Origin: an uncultured virus (IMG/VR IMGVR_UViG_3300037156_000055)
Taxonomy: Duplodnaviria; Heunggongvirae; Uroviricota; Caudoviricetes
Length of the DNA stretch: 64,000 nucleotides
Direction: 5' to 3' (one strand)
Virus record (IMG/VR): IMGVR_UViG_3300037156_000055
Position numbers and translations under genes: made by a program
The notes under the pieces: generated by a model
What the model was told of the DNA's origin: nothing
What the model saw: only the letters and a program-made list of their open reading frames with translations
Databases searched by the model: none
In this document: piece by piece, positions 60,072 through 64,000 of the stretch
How the letters are laid out: every line of letters begins with the position of its first letter
Position numbering within the stretch: position 1 is the first letter of the stretch

Positions 60072-61634
60072 TGTTTGAAGGTTTGTTTAGCGATGAGCAA
60101 CTTGATAAGGTTCTCAAGGCAGTACACAACGAGATTGATCCAGTTCCGCTAGAAGATCACCGGCGCTACATCAAGCACCTATTCACGACGGCCGAACCAA
60201 ACTCATATGAAGAAATGATGATGTCGGCCATACTTGAAAACTACAACAAAGCTTTGAAAGACGCAGGGATACAATGAAGACTCTATCCGTAGCGACTAAG
60301 ATTCGCTGCTACACATTCTCTCTAGTAAATCACAAACTTCATCTTACCTATGTGGAGAACAAATGACTCTGCAGCGATACACAATCAACCATGACGAAGA
60401 ATACCCTGATAACAACGGAGAACACGTTCGCTGGAAAGATTTTGAAGAACAACAAGAAGTCTTTGCGGCAGTAATCAACGTTATCAACCAATTCGCAAAC
60501 GGGGAAGCGGCAGTAGACGTAGACGAAGAAGAACAATCCGAAGTGGCCCGTGTATTTCAGTTAGCTATTATAAACGTGCAACAAGCGCAAGATCGTCTAG
60601 CATCTAAACGGATGCTAGAGAAAGTGATGGAGATTCGTGAGTCCAAAGATCGGTGATTGCCCATGCGGGCATCACGCTAGTAATCACCAATGGCGCAGGG
60701 TAGGAGATACAACGTATTGTCCATGTACCAAATGCAATTGCTCGAACTTTAAGAAAGTATAAAATGAAACTGATTACAGGATTCCTAGTTGGTGGAAATC
60801 GCATTACAGCTAAAGTGTTGTGCCGCATATGCTTGTCACAACAGAATACACAGTGGGACTACATTGTTAAGAATAGCGAACATCGTCGTTGTTCTTGTTG
60901 CGGGAAACAGGTTATATAGCCAAAATCCCAAAAATACTTTCCCCGGGAGAAGGGGTTAGTCGATTACAGCCAATACACCAAACTTTTTCCTGGAGAAATT
61001 TTATGCCATCAGATGATACAACCGTCAGTCTCCTATCAGGCGGCGGTGGTACTGCAGCCGGAGCATTAGAGTGCTGCTTGGAGGATACGTACAATGAATC
61101 AAAGCAGGTATGAGCGACAAGCAGAAGCTTGCGCTTTACCTAACTACGGTCCACCCACTCATCTCTTTGTGATCCGATGGGATGATACCAATCCATCTAA
61201 CCCGGTCAACCAAGAACCGGGTCACATCGAACCAAGCTATCATCATGACGCCTATTGGGGTGAGGCGGGCTGTAACGAGCCCAGGTGCCCTAAGTACCGA
61301 GGACACAATGAATCAAGCTAAGCTAGACCCAGGTCATCCTGATAACTGCAAGACGAAGAATCACGTATGGTCTTCCGTCCCAGATGTACCCGGTAGCTAT
61401 TACGTGTACTGCCTGAGGTGTGAACTTGGCGGGGCTGTAGACATTGACGGCCCCAGGGAACCCTATAACCCCTGTGAGGACTTCCATATGGTCGGCGACT
61501 ACCTCGTAGGACCTCGATAATGACCCCTGACTGGGATAAGATCGTCAAAGAGGCTGACGAAGGCAGCATCCAGATGAGGAAGCTCCTCACAGCGGTGTTC
61601 GGGCCACCTAGTGAAACAGTGCAGGTAAAGTATG

Positions 61635-61750
61635 CCCTCTACGATGCCCAGAATGCTCCTTCTAAGCCTCCAGGAGCCACGATAGGTACCTCAGGGGTAT
61701 AATGTACCATAAATGCTACCTTAACTCGTCCTAGGGCTCTAAAGTAGCAT
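61635..61750 (-). repeat. dispersed ~110-bp phased element
   Basis: Shares GCCCTAGGACGAGTT, GGTACA and TTCTGGGCATC at identical spacing with the 56.5-kb copy. Confidence 0.8.
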
Positions 61751-61845
61751 ATTTGATACGTTATATCGACTAGTGCCAGTATTCTATCGGAATAAGACTC
61801 CGATAACTCCGTGTCAGATAAACACCACAGTTTTCTGACATCCTT

Positions 61846-61875
61846 GCCGGGATAGCTCAGTTGGCAGAGTGCCTG
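61846..61875 (+). pseudogene. tRNA 5'-half-like fragment
   Basis: GCCGGGA-TAGCTCAGTTGGCAGAG with no T-arm or 3' acceptor strand. Confidence 0.5.
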
Positions 61876-61916
61876 CGGTGAATAAACCCCTAATCTCCGC
61901 ATATCATGCGGACAAT

Positions 61917-61943
61917 AAAAAAAGAGCCCTCTTTCGAGGGCTC
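61917..61943 (-). terminator. intrinsic terminator for leftward genes at the right end
   Basis: GAGCCCTC-GAAA-GAGGGCTC-TTTTTTT on minus strand. Confidence 0.85.
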
Positions 61944-61985
61944 CCTAAAGTATAATAACGATCAGGCATATTATACTTTAACCAT

Positions 61986-62058
61986 GCCGATGTAGCTCAG
62001 TGGTACGAGCGTCTGTCTTGTAAACAGAGGGCCGTGAGTTCGATTCTCACCTTCGGCT
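61986..62058 (+). tRNA. tRNA-Thr(UGU)
   Basis: Acceptor GCCGATG/CTTCGGC (one mismatch), D-arm GCTC/GAGC, anticodon arm TCTGT-CTTGTAA-ACAGA, T-arm GTGAG-TTCGATT-CTCAC; no encoded CCA. Confidence 0.9.
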
Positions 62059-62080
62059 TACTAATTTTCTACTTTATCCA

Positions 62081-63990
62081 CTACTTGTCTGCCCACTCCC
62101 ATCCACCTAGGTGGTAGTCGGCAACCGTCTTGCCGTATTCATTCATCACATAGACATTACCGTATAAGATCGGTTCACTTGCCAGCGTGAAGTCTTGGTT
62201 CTGAAATTCTAGGGCGATGATGTCGCCTTTCTGTTGTCCATCAGTAGGTTGGCGGTCCCCGCCCCATTCACTACATGCGATAACAGTATTAGCTTGGAAC
62301 ACGACCTCTTGGCCGTGGATAGTTTTGTGTCGTATCGTAAACATATTTGCTTCTTCTTCTGTTAGTTGTTTAGTTGTTAATTGTTGTTGAAGTCTAGATC
62401 GAAGATATGCTCGATGGCATTCGTCAGGGCTAGGTAGATGCGGTACCTCTCGTATCCCGAACCTGATGCAATGATATCACCTTTGAGATACTTTGTAATG
62501 TGATCCGCTACGGCTTCACGCTTTGCTTTGTGCTGTAGACCTTCGAGTACGCTTGGCTTATGCCACTCGTCTTCCTCTGAATGATACATAGGTTCACCCA
62601 TAGATTCTTTGAGTGCCTCAATATCAATGTCGCGAACATCGTTGATGAAAAATTTCTTACCTTGATAGCCATGGTTGCGTTTATCAATCCGCATATCTGG
62701 ATTGTCTATCTTGTTACGCTGCGTCGTAAATTCTTCTGCGGCCACGATACATTGACTATCACTCAGCGGCCACCAAGCATTATGGACGGTACAAGTAGCC
62801 CGGCCGTAATCAGCTACACACTTATCCATCTACAACTTCTACTTGAATCTTCGCAGCCATTGGTGAGAACCCAGGCTTCACTGGCTTGTTAGGTACATGA
62901 AAGCGTTTGGCTTTATCTTTGCTAACATGACTGTCGTGTGGGGCCCGAACCTTACCGCTCTTAGCGTGAGGTTCACTCTTAGCTTTCTTCTTGTTAGCTT
63001 GTTTGACTTTCTCAATTGCCATTAGTAGTACTCACAGTTCCCACAGTTATCTCCCCAATAGATATGTAGTTTCCATTTGCTGCGTAGGTTGTATAGGTGT
63101 TGACGTAGCCGCAGATGCCACGGCTTCTTCTTGCACGGTCCGATGTCAGGTAACGCATACATACGGCCAGCCGGGGCCGTAAATGAACCGTTGCCCACTA
63201 CGTCATACAGTGCAGCGATAGCATCGCTATCAGGGTAAGGAGTACGAGGTTGCGCGGCTACAGATGCGCTAACCTCACGTAACAACTTTTTAGTTAACGC
63301 AGGACCACGATTGAATGCTACTGGCTCTGTGTGATCCTTCAGCGGGATAGCTGCACCAGCTTCATCACTCCATACCAGGCATGTGGGACGAGGGTAGCCG
63401 TTGCATGAGTACGCATGTCCTGGTTCCATAACGCAATGTTTATTGTTAGGCCACGGCAGATCGCCGGGGGTAGCATAGTTCATACAGCCTTACTCTTCTT
63501 ATTACAGGGCTTACACAGCCCGCGATAATGAATGGTCTTCTGTCGGCCAAACTCGATGTCGCAACCACAGCCGCTTCCATCGATATATTTCTTGCAGTCC
63601 TCGCAATGGAATACATAGCAAGGGAATACCTCTGGGCCTATAGCTGCTACCTTAACGATCTTGCGGCGCTTAACGATTTTCTTTTTAGGGGGCATGACTA
63701 CCTAACTCAAACTTGCGTATCGTGTTAGCGGCAGACAGGTAACGCAGTACCTGCTGCCAGTTGTAGAATCGAATGCCGAGTACTTCTTTGTTATAGTCAG
63801 TGTCAAAGATGAGTGCTTGCGTATTACTCTTACTACCGATAGCCTCAAGCTGCCGTGGCGAATCATCTAAGTGATAATGCAGGTCAAGACGATTGCAGTC
63901 TTCTTCTTTATCATGAGAGAAGATAGCCTCTTGAATGTGCTGATAGATACCCTTCTTCTCAAGCCACGCAATGGTGTGCTTGTGAATCAC
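62081..63990 (-). other. cluster of small leftward hypothetical ORFs (62081-62344, 62377-62829, 62822-63022, 63022-63483, 63480-63695, 63685-63990)
   Basis: Coupled starts and stops; terminator at 61917-61943. Confidence 0.65.
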
Positions 63991-64000
63991 TTCGGGCCGT

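Noticed and set aside
1..64000. Stop-codon reassignment
   Set aside because: Long genes are intact in the standard code and TAA, TAG and TGA all end genes

Overview
64-kb segment of a tailed dsDNA phage with siphovirus-like layout (long tape measure, no sheath gene). About 0.7-41.3 kb is a minus-strand packaging/head/neck/tail/lysis block: terminase, portal, protease-scaffold, capsid, tail tube, frameshifting tail chaperone, tape measure, fibres, amidase and transglycosylase, with two HNH and one GIY-YIG endonuclease. 44-47.9 kb is a largely non-coding control region where transcription diverges. 47.9-62 kb is a plus-strand early/middle region of small acidic or Cys-rich ORFs, an ArdA-like gene, a ParB-like gene, a tyrosine recombinase, a deaminase and tRNA-Thr(UGU). 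Main observations: (1) an rRNA-operon-like leader (promoter, GC-rich discriminator, hairpin, boxA GAACCTTGAAAA) precedes a ~770-nt highly structured non-coding RNA, two further structured domains and a micro-ORF cassette enclosed by a ~38-bp stem; (2) a dispersed family of ~110-bp helically phased elements with a GGTA-N3-5-TACC-like core lies both between and inside genes, possibly strong gyrase sites; (3) a ~10-kb GATC-depleted zone covers the control region and the first early genes; (4) the tail-hub gene appears split by a fibre cassette. All calls come from reading the sequence by eye; no searches or folding programs were run.
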